This document shows positions 48,503-58,083 of a DNA stretch of 64,000 bases, in pieces. Each line of letters begins with the position of its first letter. Position 1 is the stretch's first letter. Position numbers and translations under genes: made by a program. The stretch is from an uncultured Desulfospira sp. (GTDB lineage Bacteria; Desulfobacterota; Desulfobacteria; Desulfobacterales; Desulfobacteraceae), in the NCBI GenBank assembly GCA_963663165.1, contig OY760175.1:5088001-5152000 (forward strand), in the 5' to 3' direction. Under the pieces are notes generated by a model. It had not been told where the DNA came from and ran no database searches. It worked only from the letters and a program-made list of their open reading frames with translations.

Positions 48503-51385
48503 TTACTGAAGCAGGCTCATGATATTCTCTGCTGTGGCATTGGCCTGGGCCAGGGCATAGGAGCCGGTCTGGGCCAGAAGCGACAGGTTGGAAAAGGTCA
48601 TGGACTCTTCGGCAAAATCGATATCCCGGATGGTGGATTCCGATGCCAGGATATTGGTCTTGGTCACCGACAGGTTGGAGATGGTGGAAGATAGCTGATT
48701 CTGGACAGAACCCAGGCTGGCCCGGGTTTCATCCAGAGCGGCCAGGGCTGCCTCGGCAATGCTGATGGCCCTCTGGGCGCTTTCAGAATCCAGTACGCTG
48801 AGGTCCGCAAGGTTGTAGGATTCCACCTCGCTTAAGCCCACGGTGCCGGCATTGGCGGTATTGACCGCCAGAATAGAGCCGCCTTTAATGGTGCTGCCCT
48901 CTTCAATCATCATATCTTCGGACAGGGTGGTGTTGGCATTCACATACAGATCCGATGTCAGAACGTCGCCTGCCTGGACTTCCACCTCTGTTGCCGACCC
49001 GAGGCCGGAATCAGAGTTTAGGACCATATCCTGGGAAATGACGGTGCCGGCTTTCAGGATGGTGCCGGCCGCCAGGATACTGCCTGCGGTGGCGGTCATG
49101 TCGCTGTCCAGTATTTCATCTCCCGACAGGGTAATGGAACCGCCGATGGTGGAGCCTTCGGCAATGATGCTGCCGCTTTCAAGGGTGGAGCCGGCTTCAA
49201 GCTGGGTCAGCTTATAGGTCTCCAGAGCCGTTGCGGTATCATTTAGCTCACCGCCCATGACATAGGTGGAGTCGCCCAAGGTGGAGCCGGCAATCAGTTT
49301 GGAGCCGGCGGCCAGCTCAGATCCGGATTCAAGGGTCATGTCATCGGCCATGGTGGCATTGGACAGGGTGACGGTGCAGCCGCCGGTGCTGGCAATGGCG
49401 GTACTGCCGTTTTCAAACCCGGCGGTCAGGATGGAACCGGTTGCCAGGGAAAAGGTGCCGGTTGCGGCGGTGGTAAAATCCTCTGACAGAATTTGGTCTT
49501 CACTTAAGGTATAGACCGCGTCCTCAGTGATGGTGTCTCCGCTGACAATGACACCGGATGTGGTAATGAGGGTGGGGCCGCTGTAAGTGGTGGACCCGCC
49601 GGTAGTGACCAGAACCAGCGTGGTGTTTTCGGTCAACAGACTGCCGGACTGGATCGTAAAGGAATTATCAGTGGTGCTCAAGGTGTTGTTGAGCATGATA
49701 TTGGTGGTGGTGGTTCCGTCAATGGCCGTTGTCCCGGCGCCGTCGGTGGCGTTGTAAATGGCCCCGATCTCAAAGGTGGCCCCGAGCTGGGAGCCGTTGG
49801 TCAGGATGGAACCGGCCTTGATTTTGGTATTGTCCGTGGCCGTTGAATTGTAGGTTAAGGTCATATCCTTGGCCAGGGTGATGTCCCTGGAGAGTACCAC
49901 GGAGGATGCCAGGACATCGCCCACATTGTAAGTCACCACAGACCCGCTGGAAGATGTGGTAAACTGGGTGGTCACAATGGTGCCTTTGCCAAGGGTGGTA
50001 TACTTGTCCAGTGTAGACCCTGCGGTTACCAGCATGTCCTGCTCTAAAACGGTTACCCCGGTTCCGGCGCTGGCAAAGGTGGAGCCTGCCACCGTGACGG
50101 AGCCGCCGATCACGGATCCTTTTGCGATTTCCGTGGTGGCGTACAGGGTGGACCCGGCCATGATTTCGTAATCCAGCTGGGTGCGGGAAACCGAGGATTC
50201 CACAATGGCATCTCCGCCCACAATGGTGCCGGCGGCCAGAACAGAACCGGCTTCAATGGTTGAGCCTGCCGCCAGGATAGAATCCTCTACCGTGGTCATA
50301 TCGGCGTCAATCTGGATGTCTCCGCCCACAGCCCCGGCCCCGATGCCGTTGATCTGGAACTGGCTGACCCCGCTCTGGGTTAACTGCAGATACCCGATGG
50401 TGGACATCTGGCCGGCCGTGCTGCCGAATACCCCTGAGACACTGCCGTCCACTTCAATGGCACGGCCGTCAAGGGAACTTAAGGTCAGGGAGCCGTCCGA
50501 AGAAATATAGGCCTCAACCCCGGTTTCAGAAGATTTGTCGTTGATGGCGGTGACCAGGGCGCCGTCGGCATCATTGGCTTCCACCTGGATATCGCCGATG
50601 GATACCCCGTTAATGGCGAAACTGTCCCCGGTGGAGCCGGCCTGGATCTCTGTGGTGGTGGTGGTTTCCACAATGGCGTTGGCGGAGATGCCGGTCACCG
50701 AGGTGTATTTGTTGATTTCATCTTCCAAGGCCCCCATGCCGTTGTCCCGGTCATTGTTATACTGGATGTCAATGGTGCTTAAGGTCAGTTCCTCACCGGT
50801 AATGGACGATGTGATGGTGAGCTGGACCTCTCCGCCGCTGTCGCTGGACAGGGACAGGTTGGCCTGGGAAATGTGGCCGATGCTGTTGGATTCTGCAGAA
50901 CCAATGGAAATGCTGGCCGTTTCATTGGCAAAGGCCCCGATCTGGATGACCTTGTCTGAAAAGGCGCCGGACAGCAGTTTCTGCCCGTTATAGGAGGTGG
51001 TCTTGGCGATGGCATCCAGCTCTTCGAGGAGTTTGTCAATGTCATTCTGGATGGCCCGCCGGGTGTCTGTGGTCTGTCCGTCCGAGGCGGCCTGGATGGC
51101 CTTGGTTTTAATGGTGTTGACGATGTTGATGGATTCCTGGAGTGCGCCGTCGGCTGTCTGCACCATGGAAATTCCGTCGTTGGCGTTTCTGACGGCCTGG
51201 CCAATCCCCAAGGACTGGGCTTTCAATGAATCGGCAATGGCCATCCCCGACGAATCGTCGGCCGCTTTGTTGATCCTTAAGCCCGTTGAGAGCCGTTCTA
51301 AAGACTCGCTCAGTGCCGTATCATTGGAAACCATACTGCGGTGGGCATTCAGTGCGGCAATGTTGGTGTTGATTTTTAAGGTCAT
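48503..51385 (-). CDS. fliC: Flagellin, 960 aa (sigma54-type copy)
   Basis: INTNIAAL..ERLSTGLRINKAADD; LGSVQNQ..SESTIRDIDFAEE..AQAN..LLQ. Confidence 0.95.
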   Translation of the reverse strand: MTLKINTNIAALNAHRSMVSNDTALSESLERLSTGLRINKAADDSSGMAIADSLKAQSLGIGQAVRNANDGISMVQTADGALQESINIVNTIKTKAIQAASDGQTTDTRRAIQNDIDKLLEELDAIAKTTSYNGQKLLSGAFSDKVIQIGAFANETASISIGSAESNSIGHISQANLSLSSDSGGEVQLTITSSITGEELTLSTIDIQYNNDRDNGMGALEDEINKYTSVTGISANAIVETTTTTEIQAGSTGDSFAINGVSIGDIQVEANDADGALVTAINDKSSETGVEAYISSDGSLTLSSLDGRAIEVDGSVSGVFGSTAGQMSTIGYLQLTQSGVSQFQINGIGAGAVGGDIQIDADMTTVEDSILAAGSTIEAGSVLAAGTIVGGDAIVESSVSRTQLDYEIMAGSTLYATTEIAKGSVIGGSVTVAGSTFASAGTGVTVLEQDMLVTAGSTLDKYTTLGKGTIVTTQFTTSSSGSVVTYNVGDVLASSVVLSRDITLAKDMTLTYNSTATDNTKIKAGSILTNGSQLGATFEIGAIYNATDGAGTTAIDGTTTTNIMLNNTLSTTDNSFTIQSGSLLTENTTLVLVTTGGSTTYSGPTLITTSGVIVSGDTITEDAVYTLSEDQILSEDFTTAATGTFSLATGSILTAGFENGSTAIASTGGCTVTLSNATMADDMTLESGSELAAGSKLIAGSTLGDSTYVMGGELNDTATALETYKLTQLEAGSTLESGSIIAEGSTIGGSITLSGDEILDSDMTATAGSILAAGTILKAGTVISQDMVLNSDSGLGSATEVEVQAGDVLTSDLYVNANTTLSEDMMIEEGSTIKGGSILAVNTANAGTVGLSEVESYNLADLSVLDSESAQRAISIAEAALAALDETRASLGSVQNQLSSTISNLSVTKTNILASESTIRDIDFAEESMTFSNLSLLAQTGSYALAQANATAENIMSLLQ

Positions 51386-51484
51386 GGTGCTGTTCCTCCT
51401 TGATGATGTTTATCCTTTTTGTTCTGTGGCGCTTGCCTTAAAAAATTGGGGTGAAAAGGCAAAATTGTTTTTAAAGGTGAAAAC

Positions 51485-51500
51485 AGCAATCCTTGTGCCA
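51485..51500 (-). promoter_or_regulatory. sigma54 promoter of the 960-aa flagellin
   Basis: TGGCACAAGGATTGCT, matches TGGCAC-N5-TTGCW. Confidence 0.78.
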
Positions 51501-51769
51501 TGAAGAAAAAATTTAATGCAACTTACTAATATCTCACATGATTAGTTTCGATATATGGGGCTGGTGGTGGAAGGTGGTATAGGGAAAAATAGAATTTTTT
51601 TTCCGGGTATCTACCTGAATATAGGCAATATTTTCCCAAGTGCCTAAGGGTTAAATTTTTTTGGGGTTAATTTTTTTGGGGAACTAAACAAAACTTTTCG
51701 GGCAATGGCATGTAACGGAGACCGGAAACCGGAGACCGCAGACCGGATAAAAAATCGGGGATTGGCATC

Positions 51770-51915
51770 TTGCTGCTGCTCTTGCTATAAACCATTTGAG
51801 CAAGAGCAAGAGGAAGAAAATCAGCCTTGTTGGAGCGGGCCATGCCCGCGAATCGTCGGCATGGCCCGCTACTCAAAATCGAAATTGGTCTTAAGATTCG
51901 TTGGATTTCGACGGC
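51770..51915. repeat. REP/REPIN-like palindromic element, copy 2
   Basis: agcgggccatgcccgcga-a-tcgtcggcatggcccgct plus flanks homologous to 1549-1694. Confidence 0.75.
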
Positions 51916-51920
51916 CTAAC

Positions 51921-51953
51921 AAAAAAAACCGGCAGGGGAAAATCCCCTGCCGG
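51921..51953 (-). terminator. Terminator after the 796-aa flagellin
   Basis: ccggcagggga-aaa-tcccctgccgg with A8 run. Confidence 0.85.
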
Positions 51954-51982
51954 AAATCAGATGTGATCTTATTTTTGGGTGT

Positions 51983-54373
51983 TTACTGGAGCAGGCTCAT
52001 CAGGTTCTGGGTGGATGCATTTGCCTGGGCCAGTGCGTATGAACTTGTCTGTGCGAGGAGCGACAGGTTGGAGTAGGTGGACGCTTCCTCGGCAAAGTCA
52101 ACATCCCGGATGGTGGATTCCGATGCCTGGATGTTGGTCTTTGTGGTTGACAGGTTGGCAATGGTTGAAGTGAACTGGTTCTGTACCGAACCCAGGTCAC
52201 TCCTCGTGGAGTCTAGATCCGCTAAAGCGGCCTCCGCAATGGAGATGGCAAGCTGTGCCCCCTCCTGGGTCAGGACGTTGAGGTCTGCCAGCCTCAGGTT
52301 CGTGGTCTCGCTTAAGCCCACGGTGCCTGCATTGGACGTGTTGACAGCCAGCACTGAACCAGAGGCCAGCATACTGTCTTCTTCCAGGGTCATGTCAGCG
52401 GACAGAGTAATGCTGTCACCTGCTGACAGGGTGACATCGTCGGTGAGTACAGTGCCTGCTTCATACTCTTCTCCGGCAATGGTCATGGTCTGGTTCAGCA
52501 GGGTCCCTGCGGCAATGACGGTATTGGAAGACAGGGTTGAGCCCGCTTTCAGGGTCATGTCACTTGCCAGTGTTTCATTGGTGTCAGATGTAAAAGTACC
52601 GCCGATGGTAGAGCCTTCAGCAATAATACTGCTGCTTGCCAGGGTTGACCCGGCCGCCACTTCTGTCGTCGTATATGTTTCTGCGTCATATTTTACATCA
52701 ACAGAATCCCCGAGCTCAGTTCCGGCCAGCAGTTTTGACCCGCTGGTAATGGTTGAACCGGCTTGAAGAGTCATATCCTCGGACAGGATGGCTTCTGCCG
52801 AGCCAATGGTGATGTCAGCCCCCATCACGGTACCGGCATTAAGAATGGAGCCGGAAGAAAGGATGCTGTCCTTTTCCAATGTCATGTCGGCATCAAGGGT
52901 CACATCGCTTGTCAGGGTCACATCATTGCTCAGCACATCCCCAACTTCATAGGTAACTGAATTGGCCGTGAATTCAGTGGTAATCACCGTACCGGATTCC
53001 AGAATCGTACCGCTGTCCAGGGTGGAGCCTTTGGTGATCAGCATATCACTGGTCAGCGTCGCGTTTGCGGTATCCATGGTGATCATTCCACCAAGTTCGG
53101 TCCCTTCGGCCAGAACAGAATGGCTGGCCAGGGTTGAACCAGCCGTGATTTCAAAATCAAGGGCCGATTCTGAAACGTCCATATCAAGGGTGATGTCTGC
53201 CCCGATGATGGTGCCGGCACCCAGGGTTGAATTGCTGGCAATGGTGGAGCCGGCGGCAAGGATGGAATCCTCAACCGTTGTCAGGTCATTTTCGTCCACG
53301 GTGATATCCATACCGGTTGCCCCTGAACCAATCCCGGAGATCTGGAAGGTGGCGGTCCCGGACTGGCTTAAGGTGATATACCCCAGGGTAGACATCTGGG
53401 TGGCTGTGGTCCCCATGACATCAGATACGGCTCCGGTAACCTTAATAGCCCTGCCGTCGGAAGAGGTCAGGGTCATGGTGCCGTCGGAATTCATGGTGGC
53501 GGTGACGCCGTGTTCCGTACTCTTGTCGTTGATGGCGGAAACCAGAGAACCGGTGGAATCGTTGGCCAGAACTTCAATCTCTCCAATGGTGATGCCGTTG
53601 ATGGCGAATTCGGAACCGGTGGTGCCGGCGGAAATGGCCGTCCTGGTGGTTGAAGAAACCACGGCATCGGCACTGATGCCGGTGACCGAAGTGTACTTGT
53701 TGATTTCATCGGCCAGGGCACCGATACCATTTTCAGCGGCATTGTTGGCCTGGATGTCGATGGTGGCCAGTTCAATTTTTTCGCCGGTAATGGAGCTGGT
53801 GATGGTCAGCTGGGTTTCCCCGCCGGACGCACTGGCCAGGGAGAGCTGGGCCGTGCTGATATGGCCGACCTTGGTGGATTCCGTGGAACCGATGGAGATG
53901 GATGCGGTTTCCCTGGCATAGGCACCAATCTGGATGGCCTTGTTGGTGAATACGCCCGAGAGCAGTTTCTGGCCGTTGTAGGACGTGGTCCTGGCGATAA
54001 CGTCCAGTTCTTCCATGAGCTTGTCAATGTCGGCCTGGATGGCTTTCCGGGTTTCCGAGGTCTGGGAATCCGAAGCCGCCTGGATGGCCTTGGTTTTAAT
54101 GGTGTTTACAATGTTAATGGACTCTTCAAGAGCGCCGTCAGCGGTCTGTACCATGGAAATGGCATCATTGGCGTTTTTAATGGCCTGGCCAATACCAAGG
54201 TGCTGGGCCCTAAGGGAGTCGGCGATTTTCATGCCTGAGGCGTCGTCAGCGGCTTTGTTGATCCGAAGACCCGTGGAAAGCCGGTTCAGAGACTCGCTCA
54301 ACTTATTGTCATTGGAAATCATCGACTGAAGAGCCGTTAAGGATGTTACATTGGTGTTAATACTAAATGCCAT
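51983..54373 (-). CDS. fliC: Flagellin, 796 aa (sigma28-type copy)
   Basis: MAFSINTN..RLSTGLRINKAADDASG; conserved C-terminus; AAGGAGG RBS. Confidence 0.95.
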   Translation of the reverse strand: MAFSINTNVTSLTALQSMISNDNKLSESLNRLSTGLRINKAADDASGMKIADSLRAQHLGIGQAIKNANDAISMVQTADGALEESINIVNTIKTKAIQAASDSQTSETRKAIQADIDKLMEELDVIARTTSYNGQKLLSGVFTNKAIQIGAYARETASISIGSTESTKVGHISTAQLSLASASGGETQLTITSSITGEKIELATIDIQANNAAENGIGALADEINKYTSVTGISADAVVSSTTRTAISAGTTGSEFAINGITIGEIEVLANDSTGSLVSAINDKSTEHGVTATMNSDGTMTLTSSDGRAIKVTGAVSDVMGTTATQMSTLGYITLSQSGTATFQISGIGSGATGMDITVDENDLTTVEDSILAAGSTIASNSTLGAGTIIGADITLDMDVSESALDFEITAGSTLASHSVLAEGTELGGMITMDTANATLTSDMLITKGSTLDSGTILESGTVITTEFTANSVTYEVGDVLSNDVTLTSDVTLDADMTLEKDSILSSGSILNAGTVMGADITIGSAEAILSEDMTLQAGSTITSGSKLLAGTELGDSVDVKYDAETYTTTEVAAGSTLASSSIIAEGSTIGGTFTSDTNETLASDMTLKAGSTLSSNTVIAAGTLLNQTMTIAGEEYEAGTVLTDDVTLSAGDSITLSADMTLEEDSMLASGSVLAVNTSNAGTVGLSETTNLRLADLNVLTQEGAQLAISIAEAALADLDSTRSDLGSVQNQFTSTIANLSTTKTNIQASESTIRDVDFAEEASTYSNLSLLAQTSSYALAQANASTQNLMSLLQ

Positions 54374-54523
54374 GATCAATTCCTCCTTGAATTGTTTGCA
54401 AATCGGGCGTCACTGCCCTTTTTATGGACTTGGTTTAAATGGTTAAAGTTTTGTTGCTGTCGTAAATACTTTTTCCCGGCATACCTCCTTTCGTCAAATT
54501 GGTTTGTGTTTCATGTTCATACC

Positions 54524-54550
54524 TTATCGGGAAGAGCTGGGGAAACTTTA
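54524..54550 (-). promoter_or_regulatory. sigma28 promoter of the 796-aa flagellin
   Basis: TAAA-GTTTCCCCAGCTCTT(15)-CCCGATAA. Confidence 0.85.
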
Positions 54551-54659
54551 AAAAAATAAAATGAAAAAATTAAAAAAGATTACATTAATTACACAAAATG
54601 CATGGAAACGGGAAGCCGGAGACTGGAGACCGGATGCGGTGCTTTCTTCTGTTCTTTTT

Positions 54660-54745
54660 TTTATAAGAAAGTCTCACTAACAAGCTGAAAAGACTTTCAT
54701 TATTCGTTGTGGGCGGTGCTTGGTTGGATAACCAAGGCGGCCCGT
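54660..54745 (+). repeat. ~95-bp two-hairpin dispersed repeat, copy C
   Basis: gaaagtctcactaacaagctgaaaagactttcattattcgttgtgggcggtgcttggttggataaccaaggcggcccgt. Confidence 0.85.
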
Positions 54746-54764
54746 TTTGAGTGTGGGGTGTTTT

Positions 54765-56855
54765 TTACATGCCGGTGCCCTGCATTTCCTGGGCCCGGGC
54801 CAGCCGGGCCTCGTCCAGCCGGGTCGGAGAGATTCCGTCCGCCTCATACAGCCGTGTTTCACTGTCCCAGAGGGTCCCGTGCCACCGGCCGAAAAACTCG
54901 ATGGCCTGGCCGGGGGAAAGGGGCGGCCTTGAAAGGTCCTGGAGCAGGGTGCATTGGGGGAGAAAAATACAGGTCTCCTTATTTTGGGTTTGCTCAGCGG
55001 CTTTCAGGCAGATGTCCATGAAAGCATGGGACCCTGTTTCGGGGGTAAATCCCCCTAAATTTGCGAAAAAGTCTCTTGAAAGGGCGATAAAACCGTCCAG
55101 CATCTGAAAAGGGCGTTCCCGGTTGGCCTCGGGAAAGTCGGCAGAAAGGTGTTGGTATGCTGATATCGGTGAATGGTTTGCGTCTAACACCATGCCGGCA
55201 TGGACAATGTTTTTGAATTTGTTGATGATTTTGGCCCCAAAGATTTTGTTTTCCCCCCAGGTGGCCATCCCTTTTTTTAAATGGGTGATCCAGTGGGGGA
55301 AAGGAAAAGTCAGTTCGGAAAAAATAACCAGGGTCTTTCCACGGGCCTCTATAAGCCCTTTTAGATTCACCGTGTCAAAAAAATGGCTTCCCGGATCTGT
55401 CTGTAGCCGGATGACGTCGCCTTCAAGGGAATTTAGAACCGTCAGGGTTTCGGACGACATGTCAGGGGGCTCAATGAGTAACACCTCAAAACTATCCAGT
55501 TCCTTGCAGGTTTCTGATATGGTTTGAAGCTCAAATAAGAAATTTTTGGGATCGTTGGCCGGTACCGGGATGATAAAGGCCCAGTCAAACTTAGCCTCTT
55601 TGCCGGAAACCAGGGAAGGGGCCGTTTTTTTCCGGCCGGCGCAAATGACCTTTTCCATGATGGCCACAATTCTGTCGGTGGCCCCGGCCGGATCGGTCAG
55701 TTCATTTTTTAAAAATAAGTCAATGTCCCTATGATCGAACCGGTTTGAAAAATCCGGGGTGCCTTTTAATGCGTCTGCCAGTTCTTCGGGGGTCATTTTC
55801 AAGGCAACCTTTTGCTCGGCAAAGGAGTAGGCTGCCGGCACCTTTGGATCAAGGTCCAGTTCCACCAGGGGTTTTCCCAGGGCAATGGATTCGATGCCGG
55901 TGGTGCTTGGCTCTGACAGGATGCACAAATCACTGGCCGACATCAGATCGTAGGTGTTTTCATGGGTATGGACAAAAAGGATCTTTTTTTTCAGGTTCGC
56001 GGGGATGGAGGCTTTCCAGGACTCAACCACCGGGGTTTTGCAGGCCGGATGAAATTTGATGATCAGTTTCAAGCGGGGCTGCCCGGCAATTTCCTTGAGC
56101 AGCGGAAAAAGTTTTTCTTTTTTACAGGGCCGTGCCGAAAACAGAATCAGGGGAACAAAATAGGAGTCAAGGTCGTGCCGGGCACGCATTTTTTCCCGGG
56201 ATTTGTTTTTTCCCTGGGCTTCTTTTTCTTTTGAAATATGGGTATTGCCCACAGGAATGATTCGTTCAACCGGGGCTTCGTAATCGGCAAATTTTTTCTT
56301 GATCCGTTCTCCCCAGACCAGCCCTAAGGTTGAGTTCTGCACATGGCCGATATACCCGAAACTTTCATTGTACCCCAACCCTTCCTGGAGGGTGATAAAA
56401 GGAATATTGAATTTTTTGGCCCAAAAGGAGAATACTTTTCCCCACCGGTTTAACTCATGAAGGGCAAAGCAGATGTCCGGCTGTTCTTTTTTAATCATAT
56501 TTTTAAAGCCTGTGTATTCCTGGGCGCAGGCATAAAGGGTCTTGTCCGTAACCGTTATCATCTGGGCGGCCAGGGCAAAATCACGGGTTATGGACCGGGC
56601 AAGGACCCGGCGTTCCCTTAAATAATTTTCCTGGATATCGTTAAAATCCTCAGGGCCAAGGTACTCAAAAATATGGGTATAATTCAGATGGCATTCCACG
56701 GCCGTGATCTCCTGGCTTCTTTCGGCCTGGGCCACCACATACCGGACATCGGCCCCAAGTTCTTCAAGCTTTTCCATGACCGGAATAATAAACCGGGTGT
56801 GATGCAGAAGGGCCACAAAGGCGATGACTTTTTTATCTTTCCAGAAATTATCCAT
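54765..56855 (-). CDS. Two-domain putative glycosyltransferase (GT-B-like N-terminus, degenerate GT2-like C-terminus)
   Basis: TLQEG, LVWGE, PVGN, IKFHP, STTGIESIALGKP, then IVHAGM..PF.M; adjacent to flagellin. Confidence 0.6.
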   Translation of the reverse strand: MDNFWKDKKVIAFVALLHHTRFIIPVMEKLEELGADVRYVVAQAERSQEITAVECHLNYTHIFEYLGPEDFNDIQENYLRERRVLARSITRDFALAAQMITVTDKTLYACAQEYTGFKNMIKKEQPDICFALHELNRWGKVFSFWAKKFNIPFITLQEGLGYNESFGYIGHVQNSTLGLVWGERIKKKFADYEAPVERIIPVGNTHISKEKEAQGKNKSREKMRARHDLDSYFVPLILFSARPCKKEKLFPLLKEIAGQPRLKLIIKFHPACKTPVVESWKASIPANLKKKILFVHTHENTYDLMSASDLCILSEPSTTGIESIALGKPLVELDLDPKVPAAYSFAEQKVALKMTPEELADALKGTPDFSNRFDHRDIDLFLKNELTDPAGATDRIVAIMEKVICAGRKKTAPSLVSGKEAKFDWAFIIPVPANDPKNFLFELQTISETCKELDSFEVLLIEPPDMSSETLTVLNSLEGDVIRLQTDPGSHFFDTVNLKGLIEARGKTLVIFSELTFPFPHWITHLKKGMATWGENKIFGAKIINKFKNIVHAGMVLDANHSPISAYQHLSADFPEANRERPFQMLDGFIALSRDFFANLGGFTPETGSHAFMDICLKAAEQTQNKETCIFLPQCTLLQDLSRPPLSPGQAIEFFGRWHGTLWDSETRLYEADGISPTRLDEARLARAQEMQGTGM

Positions 56856-58056
56856 GGGCGTTTCCTTGGGGCAACGGGCTTTGGGGCGCCACGTTGCCCC
56901 TGGCCATATCAATGAGAATCCGGGAAAGTTCCGTGTCCCCGGCATGGGTATGGATCACATGGCTGACCAGTTTTAACAGCTGTGTATCCAGCTGGACCCA
57001 GGTTTTATATCCCACTTTCGCCGGCGGAACCATGGGATCGTATATAATAGCGGGGATGCCCATGGCCGATGACACCTCCGTGATATAGCAGTCCGAACAG
57101 GCCACTGCCGCATCGGCCATGGTGATTTCCCAGGGGCGGCTTAAGTCGTGAAAAGAATATGAAAAAGATGACAGTTGTGTTTTACAGACGGTTTCAATAA
57201 TCTGCTGGTGGGTATAGCCTCCCCTGATCTGGTCCTTCCCGTAAGAAAGCATTAAATGAAGCTTTTTGGCCGCAGGCTCAAGGATTTCAAGCAGGTTTTT
57301 ATATTCATAGGTCATGGCCACGTTGTGGGGTATATAGAGAATGGTTTTTTCCATGGGGACGTCCTGGTGCTGGTACCGGACCCCTAAGCCGTTGCGCCAT
57401 ATGGGATGGGTGGCCGGGGAAAAGAATTTGCCTTCAAAGGCCGGCAGCCGCCACAGCCTTGTGGGCAGATCGGCCACCGGGCCGGACAGGTAGGCGTGGC
57501 TCTCCTTTCGGGTGGTGATGATGGCGTCCACAAGAGACGGGGCCAGTGTCCACCGGGCGGCCAGTGGAAGCAGTTCATACCCCACTATGGGCGCACGGTT
57601 GATTTTGGCCAGATGAACCCAGGAATAGAAAATCCGCTCTTCGCTTTCCGATGATCCTAACGGGGAGGGAATTTGAAGCACGATGCCGGCCACACCAATA
57701 TCTTTGGGCGGATGGACCAGGGCCTGGTAAAGGTTCCCGGAACCAAGGTCGTCCAACAGCAGGGCCTGCCGGAAGGTTAAGCCTTGGGAAAAGCCGCTGT
57801 CGCCCAACTGGTCCCGTTTTCGGCAATACCCCTCATAGGAGTTCGGTTTGCTATGGGAGGAGATCTTGAACAATACGGGGCTCAGCTTGGCCGCCATTTC
57901 TTTGATTTTAAGGTCGGTTTCCGGCACCAGAAATGTCAGGGTTAAGAATTCAGAGACCCGCTGCCGGATAAGGTTCAGGAAATCAATCAGGTGGGGGGTC
58001 ACCTGGTTGTTCTGGAGGATCCAGTAGACCACGGGTTTTGTGTTTTGTTTTGCCAT
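56848..58056 (-). CDS. Hypothetical protein, possibly GT-B fold
   Basis: 402-aa ORF with ATGG/overlapping coupling to the downstream GT; C-terminal ADAAV..S....E....GIP pattern. Confidence 0.5.
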   Translation of the reverse strand: MAKQNTKPVVYWILQNNQVTPHLIDFLNLIRQRVSEFLTLTFLVPETDLKIKEMAAKLSPVLFKISSHSKPNSYEGYCRKRDQLGDSGFSQGLTFRQALLLDDLGSGNLYQALVHPPKDIGVAGIVLQIPSPLGSSESEERIFYSWVHLAKINRAPIVGYELLPLAARWTLAPSLVDAIITTRKESHAYLSGPVADLPTRLWRLPAFEGKFFSPATHPIWRNGLGVRYQHQDVPMEKTILYIPHNVAMTYEYKNLLEILEPAAKKLHLMLSYGKDQIRGGYTHQQIIETVCKTQLSSFSYSFHDLSRPWEITMADAAVACSDCYITEVSSAMGIPAIIYDPMVPPAKVGYKTWVQLDTQLLKLVSHVIHTHAGDTELSRILIDMARGNVAPQSPLPQGNAHG

Positions 58057-58083
58057 GGGGTCGAGGTTGCCTTTGTTTCAAGG

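Noticed and set aside
48443..54329. Long plus-strand ORFs opposite the flagellins (e.g. 52962-53921)
   Set aside because: Antisense shadows produced by codon bias of the repetitive flagellin genes.
24861..54640. CRISPR array interpretation of the short repeats
   Set aside because: Units are 7 bp with no unique spacers, and no cas genes are present.
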